NCBI GenBank assembly: GCA_965218785.1
Contig: OZ244650.1
Coordinates: forward strand, 928,001-992,000
Direction of reading: 5' to 3'
Origin: Nitrosopumilus sp.
Lineage (GTDB): Archaea > Thermoproteota > Nitrososphaeria > Nitrososphaerales > Nitrosopumilaceae
Length of the DNA stretch: 64,000 nt
Position numbers and translations under genes: made by a program. The notes beneath the pieces are model-generated. The model worked only from the letters and a program-made list of their open reading frames with translations, did no database searches and had not been told where the DNA came from. Positions 41,908-51,254 of this stretch are shown piece after piece (the first letter of the stretch is position 1; every line of letters starts with the position of its first letter).

Positions 41908-42549
41908 TCACAACTCGTCAAATGCTTTTAGAAACGCCTCCAGCGGCTGGTTTCCCCTGATTGGGATGATTTTTTGATCATTGAAGACCAAAAACGACGG
42001 GGTGGCATCTATTCCTATCTCCCGCCCGAACTCGTAGAGTGCCTCCACCCTTTCCTGATGTCTTTGCTCGTCCAGACACGCATTAAACTCCGTCAGATTC
42101 AAACCCACATCCGATGCAAACCCGTCAAGCGAGTCCCTTGTTATCCATCCAGTCCTTTCACCACCCCAGTTTCTGTAGATTTCATCGTGATACTGCCAGT
42201 ATCTTCCCTGATCATCTGCACAGTAGGAGGCCTCTGCTGCCAATCTAGAGTCCGGACCGTTTAATGGAAAATCCTTGAAGATGAGTCTTACCTTTCCCGT
42301 ACTGATATGGTCCTGATAAATTACATCCAGCGTGCTTTGATGAAATCTGTAGCAATACGTGCATTGGTAATCACCCCACTCCAAAATCGTAATCTGTGCA
42401 TCTGCATCCCCCAATATCGGGGATCCACCATCAATTAATTTGGAGACGACCAACGGATTTGAATCGTCTTCTGCAAGATAGACTGCCAAAAATATTCCTG
42501 TTATGACCCCTACTGCTACGGGTATGAAAAGCAGGTAGGATTTCATCAT
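41908..42549 (-). CDS. DsbA-family thioredoxin-fold disulfide oxidoreductase, membrane anchored
   Basis: N-terminal TM helix, EWGDYQCTYC active site, KDFPL and cis-Pro GIDATPSF; start placed at MMKSY (ORF track extends to 42588). Confidence 0.9.
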   Translation of the reverse strand: MMKSYLLFIPVAVGVITGIFLAVYLAEDDSNPLVVSKLIDGGSPILGDADAQITILEWGDYQCTYCYRFHQSTLDVIYQDHISTGKVRLIFKDFPLNGPDSRLAAEASYCADDQGRYWQYHDEIYRNWGGERTGWITRDSLDGFASDVGLNLTEFNACLDEQRHQERVEALYEFGREIGIDATPSFLVFNDQKIIPIRGNQPLEAFLKAFDEL

Positions 42550-42979
42550 GGATATGCCATCTGTTACAAGTATTAAATCTAGTAACACCCGTTCAGACTT
42601 TGGTTTTTAGAAATCTCCCCTCTTGTGGTTCTCTTGCAATGCTGTCGTTAATCATGATTTCGTGGTGTTTTACCACTTGTTTGCCCCATATGGTTTTTCC
42701 ATATTTTTGAATTGAAACACGTCTGTCTGAGCACAGTTCACTGATTGCTTTGTGTTTTTTTAGATGGATCCGTTTGAATTATTACTCTGCATGATCCCAT
42801 GGATCAATTATAGATCTGCTAATCATGCGGGATCGGACATATTTCTTATCACCTGATCTCCCACAGAACCGCCCATTTTAGTAATATTTTATGAAAAAAA
42901 TATCTCAAAAAGACAGGTATGTGGATCCTGCCCCTCGATCAGGTGTTTTCCTTATAAATTCTGCACGACAACCAAGAGC

Positions 42980-42987
42980 TTAAATAT
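42980..42987 (+). promoter_or_regulatory. TATA box of cbtBA
   Basis: TTAAATAT ending about 21 nt before ATG 43009, as expected for a leaderless archaeal transcript. Confidence 0.5.
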
Positions 42988-43008
42988 ATTCAGATGGTGC
43001 TAACTTTC

Positions 43009-43224
43009 ATGGCTGAATCAAGACAACTTTGCGTGTCTGGGAATACTGTCTCTAAAATGGCACTGTTGGCACTGGCGGCAGTCTTTGCAGTGGGACTGTT
43101 TGTTGTGGCATTTGAGCAGGGAGCCATCCTGAGCCTGGTTTATGGGGAGCAGGCATTCGTTGATCTAACCCTCCACGAGCTGACACATGATATGCGACAC
43201 GCTGCCGGATTTCCATGTCACTAG
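43009..43224 (+). CDS. cbtB: Putative cobalt transporter subunit CbtB
   Basis: One TM helix and C-terminal HELTHDMRHAAGFPCH signature; precedes CbtA; start chosen by TATA spacing (alternative 42994). Confidence 0.9.
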   Translation: MAESRQLCVSGNTVSKMALLALAAVFAVGLFVVAFEQGAILSLVYGEQAFVDLTLHELTHDMRHAAGFPCH

Positions 43225-43236
43225 GGGGTACATCCC

Positions 43237-43971
43237 ATGATTAAAACATCTTATTTTATCATAATCGTTCTTGCATCTGGCGCATCTGCCGGTCTTATTC
43301 ACGGTACAGTCAACTTTGCAATCGTAGAGCCCTACCTTGATCAAGCCATCGGAATTGAAAATCAGGGTCTTTTTGAATCCGGTCAGCAAGAAGACACCCC
43401 GGAATTCCAGGTGGAGTATGAGGGATACAGGGCATGGCAGAAGAGCGGACAGATTCTTGCCGGAGTCATACTTGGAACATCAATTGGCGCGCTGTTTGGC
43501 ATAGTCTACGCGTTATCTAGAAACTCACTGCCCGGAAACAATGATATTCAAAAAGCGGTGCTCCTGGCTGGAATCATGTGGTTTACCATATACCTGGTTC
43601 CGTTTTTAAAGTACCCTGCAAATCCCCCCGGTGTGGGTGATGCCGATACCGTTGCGCTGCGGGCAGTACTGTATCTGGCTTTTATTGCAATCTCCGGATT
43701 TGGCGCAGTGGGTTTTTACAAACTATCTACAAAACTTCAAGCTGGTAAAAGACCTGCCGCGTTAATCGGGTATGGCGTTTTTATCACTGCTGCCTTTTTT
43801 GCAATGCCTGACAACCCCGATGAAACCGGCATCCCGATGGATTTCATAAATGAATTTAGAATCATGTCTGTTCTGGGTGTCACATCCTTTTGGGTTTCAG
43901 TAGGTGTGATTCTAGGATATTTCTGGAAGCGTTTTATCTCTTATACGGAGGCCACCAGGTCTTACAACTAA
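43237..43971 (+). CDS. cbtA: Putative cobalt transporter subunit CbtA
   Basis: Multi-TM protein with EPYLDQAIGIE and PFLKYPANPPGVG motifs, downstream of cbtB. Confidence 0.9.
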   Translation: MIKTSYFIIIVLASGASAGLIHGTVNFAIVEPYLDQAIGIENQGLFESGQQEDTPEFQVEYEGYRAWQKSGQILAGVILGTSIGALFGIVYALSRNSLPGNNDIQKAVLLAGIMWFTIYLVPFLKYPANPPGVGDADTVALRAVLYLAFIAISGFGAVGFYKLSTKLQAGKRPAALIGYGVFITAAFFAMPDNPDETGIPMDFINEFRIMSVLGVTSFWVSVGVILGYFWKRFISYTEATRSYN

Positions 43972-44007
43972 ATTCTTAGTCTCTAGAATGAGAATAAAAA
44001 CACCTCG

Positions 44008-44015
44008 TTTAAATA
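44008..44015 (+). promoter_or_regulatory. TATA box of the wHTH regulator pair
   Basis: TTTAAATA ending 22 nt before ATG 44038. Confidence 0.55.
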
Positions 44016-44037
44016 TCCAAGGACATCTGATAACTAC

Positions 44038-44370
44038 ATGTCAAGACGGTTGACCCTGCCACAGCTAAAAAAGTATGATATAACTCAAAAGGTAATAGAG
44101 GCACTTGCCGATTCTGAATCGCGTGCAATCTTGTTTTCAATTATTAAAAAAGGAAATACTGCTGCAGAATTATCTGACAGGCTCAAAATCCCGCTCAGTT
44201 CAGTGTATAAAAAACTGACAGATCTTGAGGAACTTACTCTAATTGAAGTTGAAAAATGGATGCTCTCTGACAAGGGTCGAAAATTCAAGATTTATCGAAG
44301 CAGAATCAGCAAGGCAGATATCTCCATAAGAAAACCTGATCCCGTCCTTACGTTGGTTCCAATCCGGTGA
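44038..44370 (+). CDS. ArsR/TrmB-like winged HTH transcriptional regulator
   Basis: TAAELSDRLKIPLSSVYKKLTDLEELTLI HTH and GRKFKIYRS wing. Confidence 0.9.
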   Translation: MSRRLTLPQLKKYDITQKVIEALADSESRAILFSIIKKGNTAAELSDRLKIPLSSVYKKLTDLEELTLIEVEKWMLSDKGRKFKIYRSRISKADISIRKPDPVLTLVPIR

Positions 44371-44374
44371 TCTC

Positions 44375-44725
44375 ATGTCAAAACACAACATTATCCAGTT
44401 ATCGGAATTTGATATTACTCAAAAGATTATAGAATCACTAAGTAACATCTGCACGCGGACCGTGCTATTTTCTGTAAAACACGAATCAAAGGATGCCACC
44501 ATGATTGCCGACGAGCTAAAGATCTCACTATCTACTGTCTACAAGACGTTATCCACACTGGAGGATCTTGCACTAGTCGAGGTAAGCAGGTATGTCATTT
44601 CATCTGAAGGCAAGAAGATCAAGCGGTACCGAAGCAGGATTGGCAAGGTCGAGATTACCCTGGAGAATCCGGAACCCAGTCTGAATCTGTATCCAAACAC
44701 GGCAAACCCCAAATCAAGTTTGTAA
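44375..44725 (+). CDS. ArsR/TrmB-like winged HTH transcriptional regulator (paralog of the upstream gene)
   Basis: DATMIADELKISLSTVYKTLSTLEDLALV HTH and GKKIKRYRSRI wing; shares DITQKxIExL with its neighbour. Confidence 0.9.
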   Translation: MSKHNIIQLSEFDITQKIIESLSNICTRTVLFSVKHESKDATMIADELKISLSTVYKTLSTLEDLALVEVSRYVISSEGKKIKRYRSRIGKVEITLENPEPSLNLYPNTANPKSSL

Positions 44726-44849
44726 TTTTTTTTTGCATCTTTTGTGTTTGTCCCAGACAAGAATGGATGCTATCAGAACGCCGATCACAAAAGCATGAAA
44801 AAAGACCGACAGAATGCAGCAGGTTCCAGAGATTAAATCAACTAGTCAC

Positions 44850-45200
44850 GCGCACATTTTATTTCAAATATATTTTTCAGATGGTTAATGGTACAGATAT
44901 CATATCGTGTACACCTCGTACTGTGTTGTTCATCTAACTGATCCAGATAGTTGGCGTGGATGTGCATCACGCATGTTGGATGTCTGATGCGGTGGCAGCA
45001 CGCAGCCGTTTGTATTGTTTGTCAAACATGCCATGTCGAGTTATTTTCCACAATCTTTAGTTATTTTTGCACCCGTATGCAATTCTCTGATAAACTCTCC
45101 GGCGTCATTTCTTGCGTTCTTCTGGATGGGCATAGAAATATTCACTGTCTGCAATCTCTCCTCTGAGAGTGGCGGTGAGTCGTCCTGTTTTGCATGACAT
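44850..45200 (-). pseudogene. Probable decayed type II toxin-antitoxin pair (RelE/ParE-like toxin remnant)
   Basis: TTG 45053 opens MWKITRHGMFDKQYKRLR, a RelE-like N-terminus stopping at 44967. A broken small ORF from ATG 45200 precedes it, with TTTAAAAA about 30 nt upstream. Confidence 0.35.
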
Positions 45201-45637
45201 GTGTTCCTATACAAACTACTTTTTTTTAAATTAATATTATAAAATCACACTTTTGATGCCAGTTTCTGCGCGTTTTATTCGGTCTTTTGTGTTGTCAGGA
45301 TCAGGAGGAGACCTCCTGGTAATTGAATCGATTTTATCAAACCACGCACGTTTCTTTACAACGAGATCCGAGAGTAGGAATAACAGTACAATTCATGCCA
45401 ACATGCAAAAAATTATCAAAAAAACCAAAATCTTTTTTCTCCTTTACCGGAGTTACGGCGTAATAATTTGATGTCATTTTACGATCTCAAAAAACAGTAT
45501 CCCCGGACTGAGAATGCAGACTGGCAAAAAAAGGCTCAGAAATACCGGTGCGGGTAGGTGGTATTATTTGTAATTACACACGAGTCTCTAATACTCATTA
45601 TACCATCTTGGAATGAGAGTCTAGAATGAAAACCCTG

Positions 45638-45645
45638 TTTAAATA
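45638..45645 (+). promoter_or_regulatory. TATA box of the phnDCE-like operon
   Basis: TTTAAATA ending 25 nt before ATG 45671. Confidence 0.55.
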
Positions 45646-45670
45646 ACTTAGCTAGTCCTAAGATACTGTA

Positions 45671-46765
45671 ATGAGATTAAAAACGACTTTTGGACTGATT
45701 GCCCTTGTTCTTGCCGTATCTGGTGTGGCAGTGGCCATACCGTTGACTCTGAATGCTCAGGCCGAAACCCTGATTCCCAAATGGATCAAGACAAACGCGG
45801 AATTGTGGGCAGACGGCACGATAAATGATGATACTTTTCTTGCCGGCATTACATACCTGATTGAGAATGACATCATCAATGTTTCATCCGAATCCCCAAG
45901 TGCTGACATACAAGATATCACGATCGGATTCATCCCAGTTGAAAAGGCAGACGAGCTGACTCCAAAAGCCAAGGCACTGGAGGAATTTCTTGAAAACGAG
46001 ATGGGCATCGATGTAAACGTGGTGGTCCCGACAAACTATGAGACGATAATCGAGGGAATGAGATTCGGCCACATCGATGCCGCATTTATGGATACCGGTC
46101 CTGCATGGATTACCCATCAGAGAACCGGTGCACAGGCAGTACTGGCCGAGCTTGTGGCAGGAAAGATCAACTACCAGGCAACAGTCTGGGCACTGGCTGA
46201 GAATGACTCGCTTCAATCAATTGAGGATACTGTAGGAAAACGGGTCGCCTTTACCAGCATTACCGGCTCGTCTGGCTTTGTTCGGCCCATGGGAACGCTG
46301 GTAACTGACGGGCACGTAGTAATTCAGGGTGATGACATAGTGGCACTGGAACATGCCCTGGCAAACAGCTTTGAGAGTTACACCTTTGCAGGCAGTTACA
46401 AGGCCGCCCTTGAACTTCTCTTAAACGGCAATGTCGATGCGGCGTTTGGTTCTGATATTGCACCGCAAAAATATCTTGAATTAGAAGACCAGGCAAAACT
46501 GCGCGCAGTTGCAACCATCGGACCGGTACCATCCCACGTATTTATGGTAAGCTCCGATATGTCCCAGTCCACCAAGGACGCACTCGTTGACTCGCTCATC
46601 AAACTAAACTATGATGATTACAACCACATCCTCACAGACCTGTACGGCGCAGAGGCGCTGGTTCCAACCACCACCACCATGCATATCGGTGAGTTTGGGG
46701 ATTTTATTGACGTGCTGACCGGCCTTGATCAGCTGATTCTTGAGAAATACGACAAGGGCAAATAA
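45671..46765 (+). CDS. phnD: Phosphate/phosphite/phosphonate ABC transporter substrate-binding protein
   Basis: Signal peptide, thaumarchaeal IPxWIKxNAxxWADG module, then PTNYETIIEGMRFGHIDAAF, AFTSITGSSGF and GPVP motifs; first gene of the operon. Confidence 0.88.
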   Translation: MRLKTTFGLIALVLAVSGVAVAIPLTLNAQAETLIPKWIKTNAELWADGTINDDTFLAGITYLIENDIINVSSESPSADIQDITIGFIPVEKADELTPKAKALEEFLENEMGIDVNVVVPTNYETIIEGMRFGHIDAAFMDTGPAWITHQRTGAQAVLAELVAGKINYQATVWALAENDSLQSIEDTVGKRVAFTSITGSSGFVRPMGTLVTDGHVVIQGDDIVALEHALANSFESYTFAGSYKAALELLLNGNVDAAFGSDIAPQKYLELEDQAKLRAVATIGPVPSHVFMVSSDMSQSTKDALVDSLIKLNYDDYNHILTDLYGAEALVPTTTTMHIGEFGDFIDVLTGLDQLILEKYDKGK

Positions 46766-46778
46766 AAGACTGACCTTA

Positions 46779-47594
46779 ATGACGCAGAAAACCCCCCTCC
46801 CCTTGATCTCTACAAAAAAGATCATCCAGATGAGCGATGTCTGGACGTCATACGATTCTAAAAATTTTGCATTGGAGGGAGTCAACATATCCATAGACCG
46901 TGGAACCAACTATGCGATAGTCGGGCAGTCCGGTTCTGGAAAATCCACCCTGCTCAAACTGATGAACGCAATGATGATACCCAGCAGGGGAACCATAAAA
47001 ATTGATTATGTCACCCCAAACATCCGTGATAAGCGCTTTAAAACCATGATGCACACAATCGGTTACATTCCCCAGAGCCTCGGTCTGGTAAAAAACGTCA
47101 CGGTCCTAGAAAACACGCTTCTTGGCGCGCTGCCGCGACTCGGCAGGGTGCAGTCCATGCTCAAGCGGTTTCCCGAACACGAGATTCTGGAGGCCAAAAG
47201 AATCCTGGGACTAGTCGGACTGGCAGGCAAGGAGGACAGAAAGGCCTACATGCTCAGCGGCGGTGAGAAAAGAAGGGTCGCCATTGCAAGGGCGCTGATG
47301 CAAAAGCCGACAATACTGCTAGCTGATGAAATAGTTTCCGAACTGGACCATCTCACCGCACATGAGATCATGAATCTGATTGCAGATGCACAAAAAAGAA
47401 TGAATCTTACTGCCATCATGGTTCATCACGACATGCGGCTGGCACTGGAATACGCAAACCGCGTTGCCGTCATCAAGGACGGGCAGAAAATCCTGGAGAT
47501 CGGAGTTGAGGGTGACAAGATAGTTGATTTTCAGACAGGCAAGATGAGCACGGAGGAGATCATGGAGATGTATGCTGATGAACCCAAAAAATAA
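46779..47594 (+). CDS. phnC: Phosphonate-type ABC transporter ATP-binding protein
   Basis: Walker A GQSGSGKST, signature LSGGEKRRVAIARAL, Walker B ILLADE; ATG 46779 preferred over overlapping TTG 46740. Confidence 0.88.
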   Translation: MTQKTPLPLISTKKIIQMSDVWTSYDSKNFALEGVNISIDRGTNYAIVGQSGSGKSTLLKLMNAMMIPSRGTIKIDYVTPNIRDKRFKTMMHTIGYIPQSLGLVKNVTVLENTLLGALPRLGRVQSMLKRFPEHEILEAKRILGLVGLAGKEDRKAYMLSGGEKRRVAIARALMQKPTILLADEIVSELDHLTAHEIMNLIADAQKRMNLTAIMVHHDMRLALEYANRVAVIKDGQKILEIGVEGDKIVDFQTGKMSTEEIMEMYADEPKK

Positions 47595-48363
47595 CATCCT
47601 GGTGGGTGTCATCGTTGCTGTCGTGGTGGCGGCATCCTACAACATCGGTGCCGATCCCGTGGAATTCATCCAGGGAATACCGAATCTTACAGTTGTTGCC
47701 CAGGAGATGCTTCTAGTCGAACCCAAATACATTCCGACTGCACTCTGGGCAATGTTTGAAACGATACAGATGGCCTTTGTTGGAACCATGGTCGGCGTAG
47801 TCATTGCACTGCCACTGAGTCTTCTTGCCGCGCGAAACCTTAACAGCAAATATGTTTATGCGCCCATCCGGGCGTTGTTAGCTGCCATCCGCACATTCCC
47901 GTCTATTTTGTGGGCGATACTGTTTGTAATCATGGTCGGGCTTGGCCCCTTTGCCGGCGTACTGGCAATCATCATGTATACGATCGGGTTTGTTGCAAAG
48001 TTACAGTACGAGGCAATTGAAACAATCGATGCTGATCCCATGGATGCAGTGTGCTCCATCGGGGTCTCAAAATGGCAGCTGATTCGCTATGTTGTTATTC
48101 CGGAATCGGCCTCGCACCTGCTTGGCCAGATGCTTTACATGTTTGATTACAACATCCGCCAGACCAGCATCCTGGGACTGGTTGGTGCCGGCGGAATCGG
48201 CTTTTACATTATCAACTATATCAAGTTCTTTGAATACGGAAAGGCCGCAGTATTCATGCTGGTGGTGCTAGTTACCGTCCTGGTAATAGACTGGGCAAGC
48301 GTGAGGATCAGGGACAACTATATCATAAAATCCCAGCACGGTGTGGACGTATCTGCAAAATAG
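47572..48363 (+). CDS. phnE: Phosphonate-type ABC transporter permease
   Basis: ETIQMAFVGT, RTFPSILWA, GLGPFAG, EAIE and NIRQTSILGLVGAGGIG motifs. Confidence 0.92.
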   Translation: MLMNPKNNILVGVIVAVVVAASYNIGADPVEFIQGIPNLTVVAQEMLLVEPKYIPTALWAMFETIQMAFVGTMVGVVIALPLSLLAARNLNSKYVYAPIRALLAAIRTFPSILWAILFVIMVGLGPFAGVLAIIMYTIGFVAKLQYEAIETIDADPMDAVCSIGVSKWQLIRYVVIPESASHLLGQMLYMFDYNIRQTSILGLVGAGGIGFYIINYIKFFEYGKAAVFMLVVLVTVLVIDWASVRIRDNYIIKSQHGVDVSAK

Positions 48364-49389
48364 TCACGTTGTGATCTTTTTTATCTCACCGGATTCTGCG
48401 GCAGTCTTTATCTCCCTTGCTATTCTTCTGCCCATGCTCATGGGCTCATCAAACAACAGTGAATAGTACGGCGAGCCGTCCATGTAGATGTTGGTTCCTG
48501 CGACGATTCTTGCTGAAAATTCAAATGATGTAAACTCTGCATTCTCGTCATAGACGCCCTCGATACAAAACGGCCCGTTCATGCCGGGCTTGACGAGTCT
48601 CTTTGCCGCCTCTACAAAGTCTTCTCCCATGCTGTATGCCTTGTCTAGGAGCGACTCCCTTAGGATTAGCGGACTGTTTCCAATTACGTTAAAGGATGGA
48701 ACCTTACTGCTATTGATTTGCTGCTCTGCTGGAATTCTGGCCAGCCCTTCAATGTCTGACTCGTGTCTTTGATCAGCTCCAAAGAACTCCAGCTCTTCTT
48801 TTAACGGCGAATAAAAAAACTGCAGATACGCAAGTACCCCTGCGGCATACTCTTGAATGTATAATGTTTCATCCTTTGAGATGACCCCGTCTGAAATTAA
48901 CTGGCTTCTTTTTGTGTTGTAATCATCCCGGCTTGCCGCCAAAAAATACCCCTTTCCACCTGCCGCACCCTGCCTCTTTACGATTACCAGCCTGTCTATC
49001 TCTGCGGGATCTGACACCGGTGTCGGGACGGGAAGATTCGCCTCCCTCATCAGTTTCTCCTTCATCTCCCTGTCAGACTCCCATCTTAGAATCCACTTGT
49101 TTCCAAAGACCGGTGTTTTGATTGACTCGATCTCCTCGGAGCTCATCTGTGCAATCAGCGTTCCATGCGGAATTAACACCGCGTCGCTTTGCTCTAGCGC
49201 GTTCTGACACCTTTGATCCAGGATCTCCGCGAACGAATCCACCATGATGAATTCATCGATAAAGGGAAACCTCCGATACAGCTTTTCGCGTCTTTTTTCA
49301 CAGACTAGCACCGTCTTTAGGCCCTCGTCCTTTGCGCCCTTGAGAACCTGGAGTGCGCAGTGCGAACCAAGCGTGGCAACTGCAGTCAT
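48364..49389 (-). CDS. purP: PurP-family formate--phosphoribosylaminoimidazolecarboxamide ligase (ATP-grasp)
   Basis: ATLGSHCALQVLKGAKDEG, GAAGGKGYF, GPFCIE, EFSARIVAGTN and MSMGRRIAREI motifs. Confidence 0.9.
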   Translation of the reverse strand: MTAVATLGSHCALQVLKGAKDEGLKTVLVCEKRREKLYRRFPFIDEFIMVDSFAEILDQRCQNALEQSDAVLIPHGTLIAQMSSEEIESIKTPVFGNKWILRWESDREMKEKLMREANLPVPTPVSDPAEIDRLVIVKRQGAAGGKGYFLAASRDDYNTKRSQLISDGVISKDETLYIQEYAAGVLAYLQFFYSPLKEELEFFGADQRHESDIEGLARIPAEQQINSSKVPSFNVIGNSPLILRESLLDKAYSMGEDFVEAAKRLVKPGMNGPFCIEGVYDENAEFTSFEFSARIVAGTNIYMDGSPYYSLLFDEPMSMGRRIAREIKTAAESGEIKKITT

Positions 49390-49411
49390 GCGTCTGCTGT
49401 GATATCGTACT

Positions 49412-49627
49412 TTATGAACTATGTGAGGCAGTTACGTATTCAAATACCTCGTCAATTATCTCCGCGCTTAATTTTGGTCTTATCTTGTCGGGGACTGCCT
49501 TTAGCACGAAATCATACATCGTCGTATTTTCAGGAAGGCTGCCCCTCTCCTGCAGCATGGAAAAAACCGCAATTCCGTTTGAGATGAGTGCCACTGCCTT
49601 TTCCTTCTCCGTTAGGGTCATGCCCAC
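49412..49627 (-). CDS. Small conserved hypothetical protein
   Basis: 71-aa ORF filling the purP-aspS gap with globular-like composition (start may be 49621). Confidence 0.7.
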   Translation of the reverse strand: MGMTLTEKEKAVALISNGIAVFSMLQERGSLPENTTMYDFVLKAVPDKIRPKLSAEIIDEVFEYVTASHSS

Positions 49628-49700
49628 CTGGGAAACTGCAGTAATTTAATCCAAATCCCGATAATGAAAAATTAATTACACCGCCAAATACGGTAATAGC

Positions 49701-51011
49701 ATGATAGGGACGGAACTAGGAGACCTGCGCAGATCGCATTATTCTGACGGGATAGACGCCTCGATGGACGGGGCCACCGTTGTAGTCATGGGCTGGATTC
49801 TGACGGTAAGGGGGCATGGCAACATCAGTTTTGCCACGCTCCGTGACAAGAACGGCGATATCTCCATAGTGGCAAAAAAGGGGGACTGTCCGGATGAGGT
49901 GCGTGAAAAGATCTCCTCGCTAAAGGCGCACTCCTCTGTTGCCATTACCGGAACGGTGAAATCATCTGAAAAGGCGCCCGACGGATTTGAGATAATTCCA
50001 TCAGAGCTGAGGGTGTTCTCAAACGTTGAAAAAATCCCGCCTTTTGAACCGACTGCCAAAACCGTCAAAAACATCGACACAAGACTGGAGGTAAGACCCA
50101 TTGATCTTAGACGCAAACCTCTGCAGCACATCTTTAATGCACGAAGCCTGGTTTTAAAATCAATCCGGGATTATTTTCACGAAGAAAAGTTCACCGAGAT
50201 CAACACGCCGAAAATGATTGCGACTGCCACCGAGGGCGGCGCCGCGCTGTTTGCGATATTTTACTACAACAAGGAGGCGTTTTTGGCGCAGAGCCCGCAG
50301 CTGTACAAGGAACAGCTGACGATGAGTTTTGAAAAGGTCTTTGAGATAGCGCCAATCTTCAGGGCCGAGCCCTCACGAACCAACAGACACCTGGCAGAGG
50401 CGATATCCATTGATTTGGAGGAGGCCTTTGTTGATTATAATGATGTGATGGATAGAATCGAGGAGCTCATCCGGATTTCAGTTGAGACAGTCGGTAGGTA
50501 TGTTGCTGAGAACCCAGATGCAGGATTTGCAGTTCCCGCAGCTGTCAAAACAATTCCGAGGTATTCCTATGATCATCTCATTGATAAAATGCAAAAGGCC
50601 GGGGCAAAGACTGAATGGGGCGATGATCTGTATCCGTCCAATCTTAAAAAAATCGGACTGGAGGGTTTTTACTTTATCACAGACTGGCCTCTGGGTCCCA
50701 AGCCGTTTTATGTAAAGGGCGGCAGATCAAATCCGAAAATCTCAGAGTCGTTTGACCTGATGTTTGGGGATCTGGAACTCTCATCAGGCAGTACCAGAAT
50801 TGAAAAACGGGACGAACTGACTACGAGGATGAACAACAAGGGAATGAAGACAGACACGTTTGAGTACCATCTTGGGGCATTTGATTACGGCGTTCCACCG
50901 CATGCCGGATGCGGCATCGGACTTGAGAGGCTGATTATGGCGCTGACTGGCACTGAAAACATCCGCGATGTGACGTTTTATCCAAGGGATGCTGACAGGC
51001 TGACCCCGTAG
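49701..51011 (+). CDS. aspS: Aspartate--tRNA(Asp/Asn) ligase, archaeal type
   Basis: OB-fold N-terminus, ATEGGAALF, LAQSPQLYK, FRAEPS..RHL and YGVPPHAGCGIGLER class IIb motifs. Confidence 0.97.
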   Translation: MIGTELGDLRRSHYSDGIDASMDGATVVVMGWILTVRGHGNISFATLRDKNGDISIVAKKGDCPDEVREKISSLKAHSSVAITGTVKSSEKAPDGFEIIPSELRVFSNVEKIPPFEPTAKTVKNIDTRLEVRPIDLRRKPLQHIFNARSLVLKSIRDYFHEEKFTEINTPKMIATATEGGAALFAIFYYNKEAFLAQSPQLYKEQLTMSFEKVFEIAPIFRAEPSRTNRHLAEAISIDLEEAFVDYNDVMDRIEELIRISVETVGRYVAENPDAGFAVPAAVKTIPRYSYDHLIDKMQKAGAKTEWGDDLYPSNLKKIGLEGFYFITDWPLGPKPFYVKGGRSNPKISESFDLMFGDLELSSGSTRIEKRDELTTRMNNKGMKTDTFEYHLGAFDYGVPPHAGCGIGLERLIMALTGTENIRDVTFYPRDADRLTP

Positions 51012-51195
51012 GGGTTCTTATTTAGTGCGTGGGTGGGATCTAGTCTGAAAATATGATCAGAGCAGTCTGTTATGACATACTTGATTCCTGCAGATGTTGT
51101 CTGCTTTTTTTGCTGTTGTAAGCGTTGAATCTGCAACGTCCGGATGTGGGTGCCTCTGCCTATCCCGGATTAGAGGCCGGTTTTCAGATTATGAT

Positions 51196-51254
51196 TACTG
51201 CCTAGGTGTATTACTATGTAATATATTCAATGTGTTAAATAAAAACATGAACTG
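51196..51254 (+). promoter_or_regulatory. Upstream region of giant protein 3, duplicated before giant protein 4
   Basis: ACTGCCT..GGTGTATTA..TATGTAATATATTCAA..TTAAATAA shared with 56941-57003. Confidence 0.6.

Noticed and set aside
41908-42549. DsbA as a dedicated partner for the Cys-rich giant proteins
   Set aside because: It sits in the housekeeping block next to aRF1; proximity alone is not evidence.
42590-43008. Cobalamin riboswitch upstream of cbtBA
   Set aside because: No B12-box recognised, and a TATA box just before the ATG implies a leaderless mRNA.
45770-45880. IPKWIKTNAELWADG module on PhnD as a novel fusion
   Set aside because: This short module is common on exported proteins of Nitrosopumilus-like archaea.
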